Shown here piece by piece: positions 36,805 to 49,005 of a DNA stretch of 64,000 nt (its first letter is position 1; every line of letters begins with the position of its first letter). The stretch covers positions 32,302,001 to 32,366,000 of the forward strand of contig NC_045705.1 in NCBI RefSeq assembly GCF_009834535.1, in the 5' to 3' direction. Made by a program: the position numbers and the translations under genes. A model generated the notes under the pieces. It worked only from the letters and a program-made list of their open reading frames with translations. It was not told the origin of the DNA and did no database searches. Source of the DNA: Camelus ferus. Taxonomy: Eukaryota.

Positions 36805-37743
36805 ATGGCTAACAGAAATGTCAGTGAGATAACTGAATTCATCCTCCTGGGGCTGACCGATGACCCTGAACTGAATACGGTCCTATTTGTGCTGTTTCTC
36901 TTGATTTATCTCATCACTGTAGTGGGCAACGTTTGGCTGACTGCAGTCATCCTGGCTAGTGCCCAGCTCCATTCTCCCAAGTACTTTTTCCTTAGCCAGT
37001 TGGCTTTCTTGGATTTCTGCTATTCCTTGGTCTTTATCCCTAAGATGCTGATGAACTACATAGCAGGACAGAGAGCCATCTCCTATTGTGGTTGCCTCCT
37101 TCAGTATTCCTTTGTCAGCATGCTCCTGACCACAGAATACTTCCTTCTGGCTGCAATGGCATTTGATTGGTACATTGCCATTTGCCGCCCCCTTCTCTAC
37201 AAAGGTCTCATGACCCCTACACTCTGCATCCAACTGGTGACTGCGTCCTACCTAGTAGGTTGCATCAACTCACTCACCCATTTGAGTGGCTTGCTCAGTC
37301 TGTCTTTCTGTGGTCCCAATGTCATCAACCATTATTTTTGTGATATCCCACTGCTGTTTCAACTTTCCTGTTCTGATACCCAGTACAATGAGGCTTTATT
37401 TACAGTCCTCTCTGGGACCACATCAGTGGCTACCTTTCTGATGGTGGTTAGTTCCTATCTGGGCATCCTTCTCACTGTACTGAAGATACAGTCTCTGAGG
37501 GGCAGATACAAAGCCTTCTCCACATGGGTCTCCCACCTAATGGTAGTGACTCTCTTCTACGGAACAGTGATGTTTACTTATCTGGGGACCAGCTCTAGCT
37601 ACCCACAGGATAGAGCCAAAATCCTGTCCGTGTTCTATACCCTTTTGCCACCAATATTAAATCTCCTGATTTACAATGTAAGAAACACAGAGGCCAAATA
37701 AGCAATGAAAAGAATTATTATGCAAAAACTATTTGCTCAGTGA
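36805..37743 (+). pseudogene. OR5-family olfactory receptor, probable pseudogene (OR5BE1-like by recalled synteny); 298-aa ORF ends at premature TAA 37699-37701
   Basis: Seven-TM OR pattern but MAFDWY, HSPKY, KAFSTWVSH, PILNLLIYNVRN; the frame continues past TAA as AMKRIIMQKLFAQ to TGA at 37741-37743 (312 codons). Confidence 0.8.
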
Positions 37744-37789
37744 CTATAAGTTTTCAAGCAAAAAAAGTTTAAGAAATATTGATTGATGC

Positions 37790-38381
37790 TACATGTTTTT
37801 AGGTTTACTAATTAAGGGTCTGCGAATTAAACTGACAGTAGGAGGGTATAGCTCAGTGGCAGAGCACATGCTTAGCATGCATGAGGTCCTGGGTTCAATC
37901 CCCAGTACCTCCATTAAAAATAAATAAATAAATTTATCAAATTAAAAAAGATAAACTGACAAAAGGCAGATTGACAGGAGAATAGACAAAGTGCATTCAT
38001 ATAAATATGAATACAGACAAAAAAAAGTGGCTAGTTCAATAGTTAGAGATGAGGTTTATATACCTAATAATATAGGAAAGAGAGAGGGAGACATGGCTTC
38101 CATGGGAAAAACAAATGGGTTTCTAAGGGAACAAATGAGAGACAGGAAATTCTGTGACATCATTGTTTATGCAGGAGCAAGTGGTCATTCTGTCTTCCTC
38201 CTGGCAGACAAAGCAGTCCCAGGGACAGAGGATTTTATGGCAGCTTCATTCTCAGAAGTTCTGCCTTTAGTCAGATAAAGGAGGCTCAGAGAAAGCCTCT
38301 CTCCACATCAACTGAATCCAAGCTGGCTCCAGTTTAAAATAATTTTGTGCCACTGCATAATTTAGGTTCTTTCGATTCCTC
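37790..38381 (-). mobile_element. MER34/MER39-like ERV1 LTR with nested SINE
   Basis: Reverse strand starts tgaggaatc...gtggcacaaaattattttaaactgga and contains tgtcagtttaatt near its end; continuous across the SINE TSD. Confidence 0.55.
37838..37951 (+). mobile_element. tRNA-Ala(AGC)-derived camelid SINE (Vic-1 type) with 10-bp TSD
   Basis: gagggtatagctcagtggcagagcacatgcttagcatgcatgaggtcctgggttcaatccccagtacctcca plus (TAAA)n tail; taaactgaca at 37828-37837 and 37952-37961. Confidence 0.92.
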
Positions 38382-38619
38382 AATTATTATTTTGAATCTC
38401 TACTAACTTCTTAAGTAATAAACTGACACCATCTTCTACAGATTGGTTAGTTACAGAATATGATTTTCAGTTTTAATTGGATATAGAAGAACCAGTAGTT
38501 GACAATCACACAAACATACATACAGAAAGATACGTACATGCACACACATGCACATACACATACTTCGAAAAGAATCAGTTACGGAGAGTGAAATCAGTCC
38601 TCCCTCTTTACAACTCTAG

Positions 38620-38720
38620 AGGAGCTGACCCATTTTACAGATGAGGAAACAAGTGATCAAGGGAGTTAAAAGCTTACCCAAGATCTGACAACATCCAACA
38701 TTTGAGAGGTAGCGTTCAAA
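38620..38720 (-). mobile_element. MIR core
   Basis: cccattttacagatgaggaaacaagtgatcaagggagttaaaagcttacccaag. Confidence 0.75.
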
Positions 38721-39879
38721 CACACATATATTTGTGTACATGTTCACAGGCCTTCTCCCATTTTACATAAAGAAACACAACTTTCTGTATGCATTTTGTT
38801 TGCCATATTTACCTGGAACCTTTAAAATTTGAATATTTATCTTTAACAATAATGCCACAGGGACAGAAGAGTTTCTTTTCATGACAATTTCATTTCTGCC
38901 TGTTGTTTAACAGAAATACAAACATAGCAATGCAAAGGTTTTCCTTTATATCAGCCTATATTGGAATTCACTAAAAAAAAAATCAGCCTTTAGGAAATTT
39001 CCATTAAGTTGTACAGCTACTTGAAAATGCTGAAAGTTTTTTTTAAACAAAATGACTTGGAATCCCATATTGCTTATGTTCATATTATTGTCCTACTTAC
39101 TCAGACAAGCATCAGAAACTCAGTCCTGCACCACTGTCATCACTATAGTTGTTAAGAGGGCGAACATAGTCTTTGCTGGCGACACCTTTGCAATGCGTAG
39201 GGAACAACAGTTTCAAATTTGTGGAAAGAATGCTGGTATTTATCAAATGGAATAACCCATAGTGCCTAGCAATAAATCTTATTCAAACTCTGTAAGTCTC
39301 TGGGCTTTTTTTTTTTCTTATTACTTGACAATTAAACTTATGTCAATATGTATCAAAGTGTTTTAAAGCAAATTGTATTTCATTGTTTCTATGTGGCCTA
39401 TATTTTCTTCCAGAATAATCCCATTGTCAAATATTTTGATGGTATATCACCACAACTGCCACGTATTTTTTAAAAAATAAGTAATCACTGTTAATGTTAA
39501 ACCAGGTTTTCAAAAGCAAAACTATTACTTAATGAGAGATTCCTTAGGACGTGACAAGTGCTGATTATGTCTCATAATCACAGACTAAAGTTCTAACGTA
39601 CACAGAGCCTGCCAAATATCCACCTCGTGGGTTGTACACTTTGGGGTTTAATGTCTTACAAAGTAATTTATAGCAAAATGATGACGTCTGTGTGTAAAAC
39701 TTAATCATTTTTCTAATTGCTTTCATCTTGACAGTTGTCTAATAATCAAATTCTTTGGTGAAACACATACTTTTTTTTATCTTGATACTTTACTCAATTA
39801 CTTTCCAAAATATTTATGTAAAACTCAATGCCTTCATCAATGTCATTATTTTTATTTAAAAGTTTATAGTATAATGATA

Positions 39880-41090
39880 AAGGGATCCTTGGAGAAGCGG
39901 TTGTTTCTAGAGCGGGGTCCAGGAAAATAAATGATAAACCTGGAGCTCACTGCACTGTCAGGATGTAAGAAGTGGAAATAAATGAAAAAAACAAACAAAG
40001 AGCAGAGCACGTGGGAGTTGATTCAATGATGGTTCCATTAGCAAAGCTGGAATGAATTGAGCAGCAATGGAAGTGATGGGGGTATTGGATAATAACCCCC
40101 CAAAACAAAATAAGTATCAAAGAGTATATACTGCTATAAATAAATAAATAAGAAATAACAACTCTTCCTTACAGAATCATTTCAATTAAAATACGTTGAA
40201 AGACTAAGGGAAATGGAAATTTACTATGAAAACACCACCATAATAATTGTTAGAGGCAATATGTTGATGGATGCCAACAAGTATAAATAAAATATTTTGT
40301 CTTCCATATTTATGTAATTTATATAAATTACATATGAAAGAAAATTAAATAAATAATGTTAATATTCCATATACATGTTAGTTTATATAAATTACATAGT
40401 AAAGAATCTAACTTTACAGTAAAGAAGCCTGGCAGACACTATTTTATAATTTTTCTTGCCAGGGGGAGGTAATTAGACTTGTTTATTTATTTTCAGAGGA
40501 GGCCCTGGAGATTGAACCCAGGACCTCATGCACGCTAGGCAGGTGCTCTACCACTTGAGCTGTACACTCCCCTTCCCCCTAACAGACACTACTTCAAGTG
40601 ATCAAGTTTAACATCACTAGAAATACCATTTAACATCCTGTATCCTCTAATAATATGAAAAGGACATGCATATCACCTCACTGGAACTTTTTTCTCATAA
40701 TGAATAACTTCAGGTTAATCATGAGAAAACATCAGGCAAACTTAAACTGAGAGACAGTCTGTAAAACACTTGACCAACAATCTTGAAAAGTGTCAGTCAT
40801 GAAAGAACAGGAAAGAAAATGGGAAAGTCACAGACTGAAACATTTAAAGAGACATGACACTAATTGCAGAGTGATATTCTGAATTGGATCCTGGAAGAGT
40901 AAAAGGGACTCTGGGGGAAAACTGGTGAAATTGAATAAAATGTGTAGTTTTGTTAACATTGCTGTATCAATGTGAATTTCTTTGTGTTAGTTATTATGCT
41001 CTAGTTATGTAAGATGTTAACATTCATGAAACTGGGTAAAGAGTGTGTTGAAATTATGTAAGTTGAAAAAAATTAACTAAAAAGTTAAAT
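39880..41090 (+). mobile_element. L1MC3/L1MC4-type 3' UTR with nested SINE
   Basis: aaatgataaacctggagc...ctggcagacact[SINE]acttcaagtgatcaagtttaacatcac...tgaattggatcctggaa resembles the recalled L1MC 3' end. Confidence 0.7.
40442..40582 (-). mobile_element. tRNA-Ala-derived camelid SINE (Vic-1 type) with 9-bp TSD
   Basis: ggagattgaacccaggacctcatgcacgctaggcaggtgctctaccacttgagct; cagacacta at 40433-40441 and 40583-40591. Confidence 0.9.
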
Positions 41091-43093
41091 ATAGCTGGTT
41101 AACAACTAGAACTTAAAATGGGTTTATAAGAAATATGAATTGAATTAAGTAAGCATTTACTACATGCCCATTAATCCTATAGTGCAGTCAACTCTAGTCT
41201 TAATTCCAGGCATACACTGGTAGGTATGAACATATTAGCTCACCAAATATCAGACTATTAAAGAACCGAGGCAAGTTTTGCATCTTGAATCTTGAAAGAA
41301 GCAATCAACTCTAAGTAACTTAAAAGTAGAGACAATATGCTCATCTTTGCAGTCCCACACAAACCATAGTATCTGTCATTTAATAGTGCTTAAAGTGTAT
41401 TGAAAGAATAAGTAAGAAATGGTTGGAAATTTGAGATTACAGGTATACAATTCAGTATTTTCAAAGGTTTCTTTTCTCAAGACACATACTAGAGGGGAAA
41501 AAGAGTAGTAATCATTTCTTTTGTCCTAATATCTAAATATGTTGATTACCAGTAAGTGATATGGCCCATTTATAACAGTTTTTATTCTTTTTTTTTAAAT
41601 CTCTAATGTGACAAGTAGGATTAGAGATGTGTGGTTTTCCTCCCCAATGTAGAATCTATCTTGTCTCAACATACGATTTCATCATATTAAATATCTTCTA
41701 AAAATAAGTAAAATAAGAGACCATAATGATAACAGTAGAAAAGTCACTTAATCTGGCAAGCCTGTGAGATCCTTTTAAGCTAGTGTTTGGAAACAGTCCA
41801 TGGACCTCAGGCATTTTGAAAAAGTCACATTTTGGGGTCAATTTCAGACCTACCAATTCAGAGTCATTATAGGGGTGTCACTTAGGAAATTGCTTGAAAA
41901 AATAAACAAACAACAAATAGAATAATAATGTAATTAAAGTTTTTCAAAGTACTGACCTATCAGCTGAACATGAAACAGAGAGAATGACCTTTAATTTTAC
42001 TTAAGGTTCTTTTTGCTTGTTTTCCTAGATGGCATACGTAGTCTCACCCTATTTTGTGTGTATGTACCATTAAGCACAGTCAGTTAAAAATCACAGTGTC
42101 TGTATTAAAAATAAATACATACATGACTGTTTGACATAGGTGGTAACATAATTTCAATGTATATTAACACTATTAAATCAGTAGCTGGAAATGCTCCCTG
42201 CTTTTGCTGAGAGACCAGCAAAACCCCAGACAGGGGCAATGGTTATTGATACTCTCTAATACCATGTATTTCACATATATTTCCTAATGCTTTAAAAAAG
42301 ATGTATATATACACACACACATACATATAATATCAAAATAAACATAAGTTTTAAAACTACATTAATTACATATCTCAATATGTCTATGGCCATTTAAACT
42401 GAAAAACACAAAGCTGAGGAACATTTACTTCCGAACTTTTCCACTGGAGATGCATTCTAGGCAAATTACAAATAAACCTTGGGGCACAATTAAAATACAA
42501 CCCTCAAGAGATCGAAAATGCTAATTGACCAATTTCTTTATGATATAACTTTGCAAGTTTAAAAAGAGATGCTGGTATACTAGATTTCAGAAGACAATCC
42601 TTTTTTTAAATGGGACTGCTTTAGAAATACACTAAGAACAAAATTAATCCTGAATACAAATCTAAGTTTGACCTAAAAAAAAATAGATTTTAATTCTCAA
42701 GAAGACACACAAAAATAAACAATTATTTTGTTAATTCTGTTCTTATTTTTATCTTATCAATGGAAGGTAATATATGCATTATCCATAACTGTCATCGAAA
42801 CTATCCACATTTTTCCATCAACTTCCTAATACCAACAGGGGTGCATTATATAGGAAACAGAGCCCTGTGCTAACAGCAGCAGCAACAGCAAACACAACAG
42901 ACACAAGCCGTTATACAGAGAATTCACGGGATTCAGATTTGTAGAGGAGAGAGATCTAGCCATATGCCAAAAACTAATGGTGGATTTTGCAAAGGTTGCA
43001 AAATGTTTTCTCTTCTTATTGTCTGAACATAAACCTGAAAATAGATGGAAGAGAGCTGAGAGAGAAAGGGTTTTCCTTTTGATGACTCAATAC

Positions 43094-43102
43094 CAGGTAA
43101 GT
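43094..43102 (+). promoter_or_regulatory. Candidate splice donor of an OR8I2 5' UTR exon
   Basis: CAG|GTAAGT (GT at 43097-43098), 1.3 kb upstream of the acceptor. Confidence 0.45.
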
Positions 43103-43126
43103 CTAATTTTATCATTCTCTTCTTTA

Positions 43127-43138
43127 TTGTGTGCGTGC

Positions 43139-43180
<42 letters not shown>
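43127..43180. repeat. (GT)n microsatellite
   Basis: gtgtgcgtgcgg followed by about 20 GT units. Confidence 0.95.
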
Positions 43181-43182
<2 letters not shown>

Positions 43183-44370
43183 CTTACACTGAGAAACATT
43201 TTCTTTTTACATGCCTGCATCTTCCAGTGAGCTTTAAGAATGGTGCCAGGCAAGACAAACTGCCTTCGTTGACTAAAAGCTACTTAAAGGAATGAATGGA
43301 TAAACAAATAGGAGCATTGTGAATGTGGGAGACCCTAAATGATTAAGTATACTTAACCAAGCAGAGTGCTAAATGTCTGAAACGAACTTGCATTAATATC
43401 ATGCTAGTTTCAGTTTTTATTTATCACATACTTATGTCAATTGAATTAGGCAAATAAGTTCTCTAATTTCTAGTGAAATCACCTTATGTTTTAATTTTTT
43501 GTTTTAAATATAACAAATCACATTCCTTTTACCATTTGTAGGCTTTTTATTATTGAAAATCACTATTTGGCAATGAATTAGTTATTACCTAATGTTATAG
43601 ATAACCATGTGCTTCACGATGGAAACAAACATGGTCACTAACCACACATACCAAACAATCTGGCTATGTGACAGGGTAAGTTCCTCGTTTGGTGGTAGCG
43701 AACCAACAGAAAGAAAGGACATGTGGTAGAAAAAGGTATAACAAAGTTTAGCATTAACACATAAAATAAGCAAGAAGTTGCTTTCCTGTTATATCTATGT
43801 GTAAGTTTTATATGCTTTATGTATTAATAAAATATATTTTACATATCATATAAAAATTGTATATATATTTTATAAAATTTAACAAAGCTTTATCGATTCC
43901 AAGGAATTATTTGATGTGTCCATCTAAGATATTATTAAGCTCTTAAAATAACCCTAAAAAGTGTCATTAGGAAGACTGCCACAAAAAGATATTGAATTCA
44001 CAAATAATAGCACCTCCTTTCCTAAACAACCTTTATATTTTCTGAGAATACCATACAACTAGTAGGTAAATTTCTAAGTATATGATTTGGGGCCCAGAGA
44101 TACAGTAGGGTTGAAGATGGTATATCTCAGGAAAAATCCTTCAAAAGTCACGCCTGATAAATATCTTTGAGTGCAAAGAAAGCCACAGGATTGTGAACTT
44201 GGAATTTTTTTTTTCAATCAGCATGTCTGTTCTCTTACAAAAAAAAAAGAAAATCATGTATAAATTTTCAATTAACTTAAAGTCATTAAATATTTGCTCC
44301 CCATCTGTCACTCTTTCATTATGAGTCTAAGTCAACACTGGCTATCAGGTCCTTAGAGTCGAATCCTTCT

Positions 44371-44403
44371 CTAACTTCTGTCATTGTTACTCAGCAGGTA
44401 AGT
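44371..44403 (+). promoter_or_regulatory. Branch point, acceptor and overlapping donor upstream of OR8I2
   Basis: CTAAC (44371-44375), ttctgtcattgttact, CAGCAG (44392-44397), GTAAGT (44398-44403). Confidence 0.55.
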
Positions 44404-44424
44404 CAGAGGCCTGGCTTGATAAAA

Positions 44425-45357
44425 ATGGCTGGGAACAATTTCACGGAGGTGACTTTCTTCATTCTCTCTGGATTTACAAATCACCCTGAACTGCAAGTCA
44501 GTCTTTTCTTGATATTTCTCTTTATTTATCTATTCACTGTTTGGGGGAACCTTGGTCTAATTATTTTAATCAGAATTGACTCTCAGCTTCACACACCTAT
44601 GTACTTTTTCCTTAACAATTTAGCATTCATTGACATATTTTATTCCTCTACTGTAACCCCCAAGGCACTGGTGAATTTCCAGTCGAAACAGAAAACCATC
44701 TCCTTCTTTGGCTGCTTTGTTCAAATGTACTTTTTTGTGGGTTTGGTGTGTAGCGAGTGTTTTCTTCTGGGATCAATGGCCTATGACCGCTATGTGGCAA
44801 TCTGCAACCCCTTACTGTATTCAGTGGTTATGTCCCAGAAAGTGTGCAGCTGGTTGGGAGTCATGCCATATACAGTAGGCTTCACGAATTCTCTGATATC
44901 CATCTGCTTGATAAGCAGTTTGGCGTTCTGTGATGCCAGCATCAACCATTTTTTCTGTGACACCACAGCTCTTTTGGCCCTGTCGTGTGGAGATGCCTTC
45001 AGCACAGAAATGGTGATCTTTGTTTTAGCTGGGTTCACCCTTCTCAGTTCCCTCTTCATTATCACTGTCACTTACATGGCCATCATCTCAGCCATCCTCA
45101 AGATCCAGTCTGCGGCAGGCAGACAGAAAGCCTTTTCCACCTGTGCGTCGCACCTCCTGGGTGTGACCGTCTTTTATGGGTCCCTGATTTTCACATATCT
45201 GCAGCCCGACAACACGTCATCCTTGACCCAGGGACAGGTGGCATCTGTGTTCTATACCATGGTCATCCCAATGCTGAATCCGCTCATCTATAGTCTGAGG
45301 AACAAAGACGTAAAAAAGGCTCTCCTGAGAGTCATACGTAGAAAACTTTTTCCATGA
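44425..45357 (+). CDS. OR8I2: Olfactory receptor 8I2, intact, 310 aa
   Basis: [28 protein letters not shown]...[11 protein letters not shown]...[17 protein letters not shown]...RKLFP, near-identical to recalled human OR8I2; all OR motifs intact. Confidence 0.96.
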   Translation: MAGNNFTEVTFFILSGFTNHPELQVSLFLIFLFIYLFTVWGNLGLIILIRIDSQLHTPMYFFLNNLAFIDIFYSSTVTPKALVNFQSKQKTISFFGCFVQMYFFVGLVCSECFLLGSMAYDRYVAICNPLLYSVVMSQKVCSWLGVMPYTVGFTNSLISICLISSLAFCDASINHFFCDTTALLALSCGDAFSTEMVIFVLAGFTLLSSLFIITVTYMAIISAILKIQSAAGRQKAFSTCASHLLGVTVFYGSLIFTYLQPDNTSSLTQGQVASVFYTMVIPMLNPLIYSLRNKDVKKALLRVIRRKLFP

Positions 45358-46442
45358 CAAATCTCTGCTTGTTGCGATTAAAGAAAAGTTGGATGGTTTC
45401 AGGCATTCAATTGCTCCAACAATTAGGAAAAGACTAGAGTAAGTCCAAAGGCATAACACAAACTGAATAATAACTTAGAATCTTGACATAAAGGAGGTGA
45501 ATTATCATTTTATTTGTTTATATGGAATACTGAATCACTGTCTTAGGAGTTCATGTCAATACATAAATTATTCAGACATAGACATGCACAAATAACTAAA
45601 GAAAGCAGTGACTGAATCTCTCCCTGCATGTTCTTGCGTGAGCATGCCATCACACCACAACATGTTAAACAGCAATTATACTGACTGTCCATATGGTTTG
45701 ATGTCTTGTTTTTTCAGCCATCATCAAAATGAGCGTAGAAAATGAGTAGTAGATTGAGATGATAACTCTTAAATATCGTTAACAAGAAATGATAGCTGAC
45801 GGCCTGAGAGCAAAGGAAAGGGTACAGAGTTAACAAAAGCAAACGTAATTCCAGGGTTGGAGGGGGGTAGCGGTTGAAGTCATTTCAGTGAGGTGTAAAC
45901 ACTAGTGATGACAAGAGACACTGGGTAATACGGAGACATCTCCAGGTAATGTGGATTCCTTCTGTCCTAACAGTTAAAATTTTGATCATTTATCTTGATC
46001 GTGATCCTTGATTACATAGAAAATCATGGGTCTATGAATTGGAGTATGGTCTTCATCAAAAACAGCAGAGTTTTACTTCTTAGCAACAATAATGTACCTC
46101 CCTAAGTTCAAAGACTTGATAAACTTAAATATGTGTGTGTGTGTGTGTCTGTGTGTGTGTATAAATGAAGCGCTAACTGTAACACAATTCCTGAAGCATT
46201 TTGGAGGTATTGATGGAGATTCTCATTTCTTCAAACCAGGCAGAAAAAGCTTCATTAAGTCTATAGTATTAAAAGGAGGAACGGGGTTTTGTTTTATTTT
46301 TCCTTGAAAAGAGACTTCAACATAAATCCCATTGAATGGATTTATGGATAAGATGTAACCCTTAGGACTGCTTTCCTGTGCATGAATCACTGAGTAGTAA
46401 CCAGGGGAGTTGGGCAATCACATTTAAAATGTATGTTGGAAG

Positions 46443-46981
46443 TGTCAGGTAGTTAGATAAGTGGGGGCACCAGGCAGATGGGTGGGGGAGGGGGAGGATG
46501 GTCTGGAGAATGGCATTATGCCCGCCTCCAGCATAAAGGGAGTTTATTTTTTCTAAATGAGAGCCAGCAAGAAACCGGTTAGGACCCGACAGCCCTGACT
46601 GCATAGTAGCAGAAAGGACTCAACCAGACATGACCCAATGCTCATTGTATTCTAATTAACACTGCTGTTTACCACCTCCTATGGGGTGTACACCATGGGT
46701 AAGGATGTGCACAAAGGGGCCAAACATGACCAAGCACTCCAGAGACAAAAGCCTTCGATTAATCAAAAGGCCACCTCTGAGCGAGGGTATAAGGGAAAGA
46801 GCGGACAAAAGCCAACGCTTTTTCCTCCTTTGGGGAAGCCTGCCTCCCGTCCTTGGAGGTGCACTTTTCCTTTTCTGAATAAATCTTTTAAAATATTTTG
46901 CTACACAACGCACTGTCTTCCGACTGTAAACTTGTATTTCGAGTATGACAAGAACTAGGGTCTTTACTTTTTGTGGTAACA
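46443..46981 (+). mobile_element. Complete ERV1-type solo LTR (539 bp), CpG-rich
   Basis: tgtcaggtagttagataag...tggtaaca; 4-bp TSD gaag/taag; TATA-like gtataaggg near 46786; AATAAA near 46879. Confidence 0.85.
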
Positions 46982-47729
46982 TAAGGAACTGAAGGTTAAT
47001 TTGATGAGCTGCTTTTAAAAGAAAATGTGTATGCTTATAATGGTTCTTTCCGACAAGATTGAGAGAAGATAGTTTATTCAAGATTGTCCTTCGCTCTTTG
47101 AGAGAAGTTTGTTTATTCAGATTTGTGCTCCACAAGAAAACGTGTAGCAAATGTATCACATATGAAATATGTAAGTAAATATTTTCTTTCCTTTTGTTTG
47201 CTTATGGAGCATGGTGACAGATTCATTAAGGTCAGGAGTTCTAGCTGACTAGTGTTCATTCAGTCTAGTAAAGCTGTAGTGCTTTTGTCATGGTCCTGTT
47301 AACCATTTGTGTCCTTAAGATTGTGTTCCATTTCACCACCTTTCACCACCTTTTTCTATGAAAATAAAGAAAGAAATAAAATTGTTTCTTAACTTGTTTT
47401 ATTTTTAAGAAGTTTTGCAGAAATTCCTGAAGAAACAAATTCCTCCATGAAAATAAAACAAGACTGGCTTGTGGATAGCAGGTAGAGTCAGACTTACTCT
47501 TGTGCCATTACACAAAAATTAGAGGTCCATTCAGAAATGAATTCCAGATTATTATCTGAGAATTGGAGAAAGTAGTGTAAAATAACATAGGACTGCATAG
47601 GATATTTGCCTTTTCAAAATATAGGGGAAGGGGATGGTAAAAAAATCTATCTAAAAATAGCTAAAGAAGGTAAATAAGAAAGAAAAAATACATCTCAGAA
47701 AAAGAAAGTATAGAAATATTGGTATTATA

Positions 47730-47860
47730 AAATATAAATATATTAGAGAAAAATAAATAATTTTATATTTATAAAATATAAATATATATTATATATCATT
47801 AAATAATATGTAATATATATACACATTATATATATCTATAAAAATAAAATGTATTCATAA
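47730..47860. repeat. AT-rich low-complexity tract
   Basis: Almost pure A/T with (TA)n runs. Confidence 0.85.
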
Positions 47861-48044
47861 AGTGTAATAAATTCCTCTAAAAAGACAGATTATCAGTGAA
47901 TCAACATACAAACTCCAGTATATTATATTTTTTACACAAATTTTACCATAATAAAGTGATGCAAAACATTAGGATAAAGTATTTCCATCAAACATTTTTT
48001 ATTACATTTGCCTGTTTACCACTTCCTCTAGATATTTGTACAAT

Positions 48045-48535
48045 TTTCTACTTCAGTTCTTTCAGTGTGACCTGATCACTGAAGATTTCTTTGAAGAAAT
48101 GTATTTTTAGAAGAAAAAATCCAACTGTCTCCGTGCATCCTCCCCACTTGTTTTTCTCCACAGCACTTACCACCACTGACGTACAAATACTGCTCCTGTC
48201 CCCCCTCTCATCATAGAATAACACTCTTACTAGATAGTCCTTTCTGTCTCTCAAATTCTATGGACTGTTCTCTGCACAAGGCCTTGGCATTGATGACCCC
48301 CTGTCCAAACCACTTTCCTGCCATGAACCTGCATGACCAACTCTTCCCTCCCCAACTTTTTTATTTCAACCTATCTTGATTATATTATTTCTGATTGTTT
48401 CCTCATGCCCCTATTCCAGAACCCCCATCCTCTAAGCTGTTTTATGTTGTATTTATTTTTATAGCACTTTTTACCCTCTAACATATCACTCATTTTTGTA
48501 CTGTTTTTTTGTTTGTTTGTTTCAATCTAGCTGAG
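48045..48535 (+). mobile_element. L2 fragments (two pieces)
   Basis: ttctccacagcacttacc and caaggccttggcattg...tatagcactttttaccctctaacatat resemble the L2a 3' region. Confidence 0.55.
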
Positions 48536-49005
48536 AATTTGTAATCTATAACACTGTAGTGGATAAGGCCAGACTTCATATCACCATTTGACTTTTTTCC
48601 CCGGTTCAATGAATCATTTATACTAATGGTTTCAATTAATTCATCAATTTCAATAAATTTACAAAATTTAACTTAAAGGAGTCACATTTTCTGACTGCAA
48701 TGCAATAAAATTTAAAATTGATATTTAAAGGTTAAAAATATAGATCTTTCAGCTTGAAAATTAAGAACAAATTTTTTTAAAAATCTTGCATTGCTCTTAG
48801 TCAAGTAGGAAAATTTTAAATTTGTCTTTAAATTACCTATATACTATATGACAATGATAATAATATCTCTACATATAAATTAAAATTAAAGTAATGCTCA
48901 GATGAATAATGCAGATATTAAATTCCTGTATTATTAAACAGGTATCAAAAAGAAAATAAAACAAGTAAATATTAACAGGTGCTAGAGAAAGAGCAGAATT
49001 CAGTA

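Noticed and set aside
37842-37913. Genuine tRNA-Ala gene
   Set aside because: Flanked by a 10-bp TSD, has a (TAAA)n tail and CpG decay, lacks an adjacent T4 terminator, and has four related copies in the window; it is a SINE
42933-43253. ORFs with THTHTH or CVCVCV runs
   Set aside because: Translations of the (GT)n microsatellite
46656-47159. 167-aa minus-strand ORF
   Set aside because: Antisense read-through of a solo LTR and its flank; no gag, pol or env similarity
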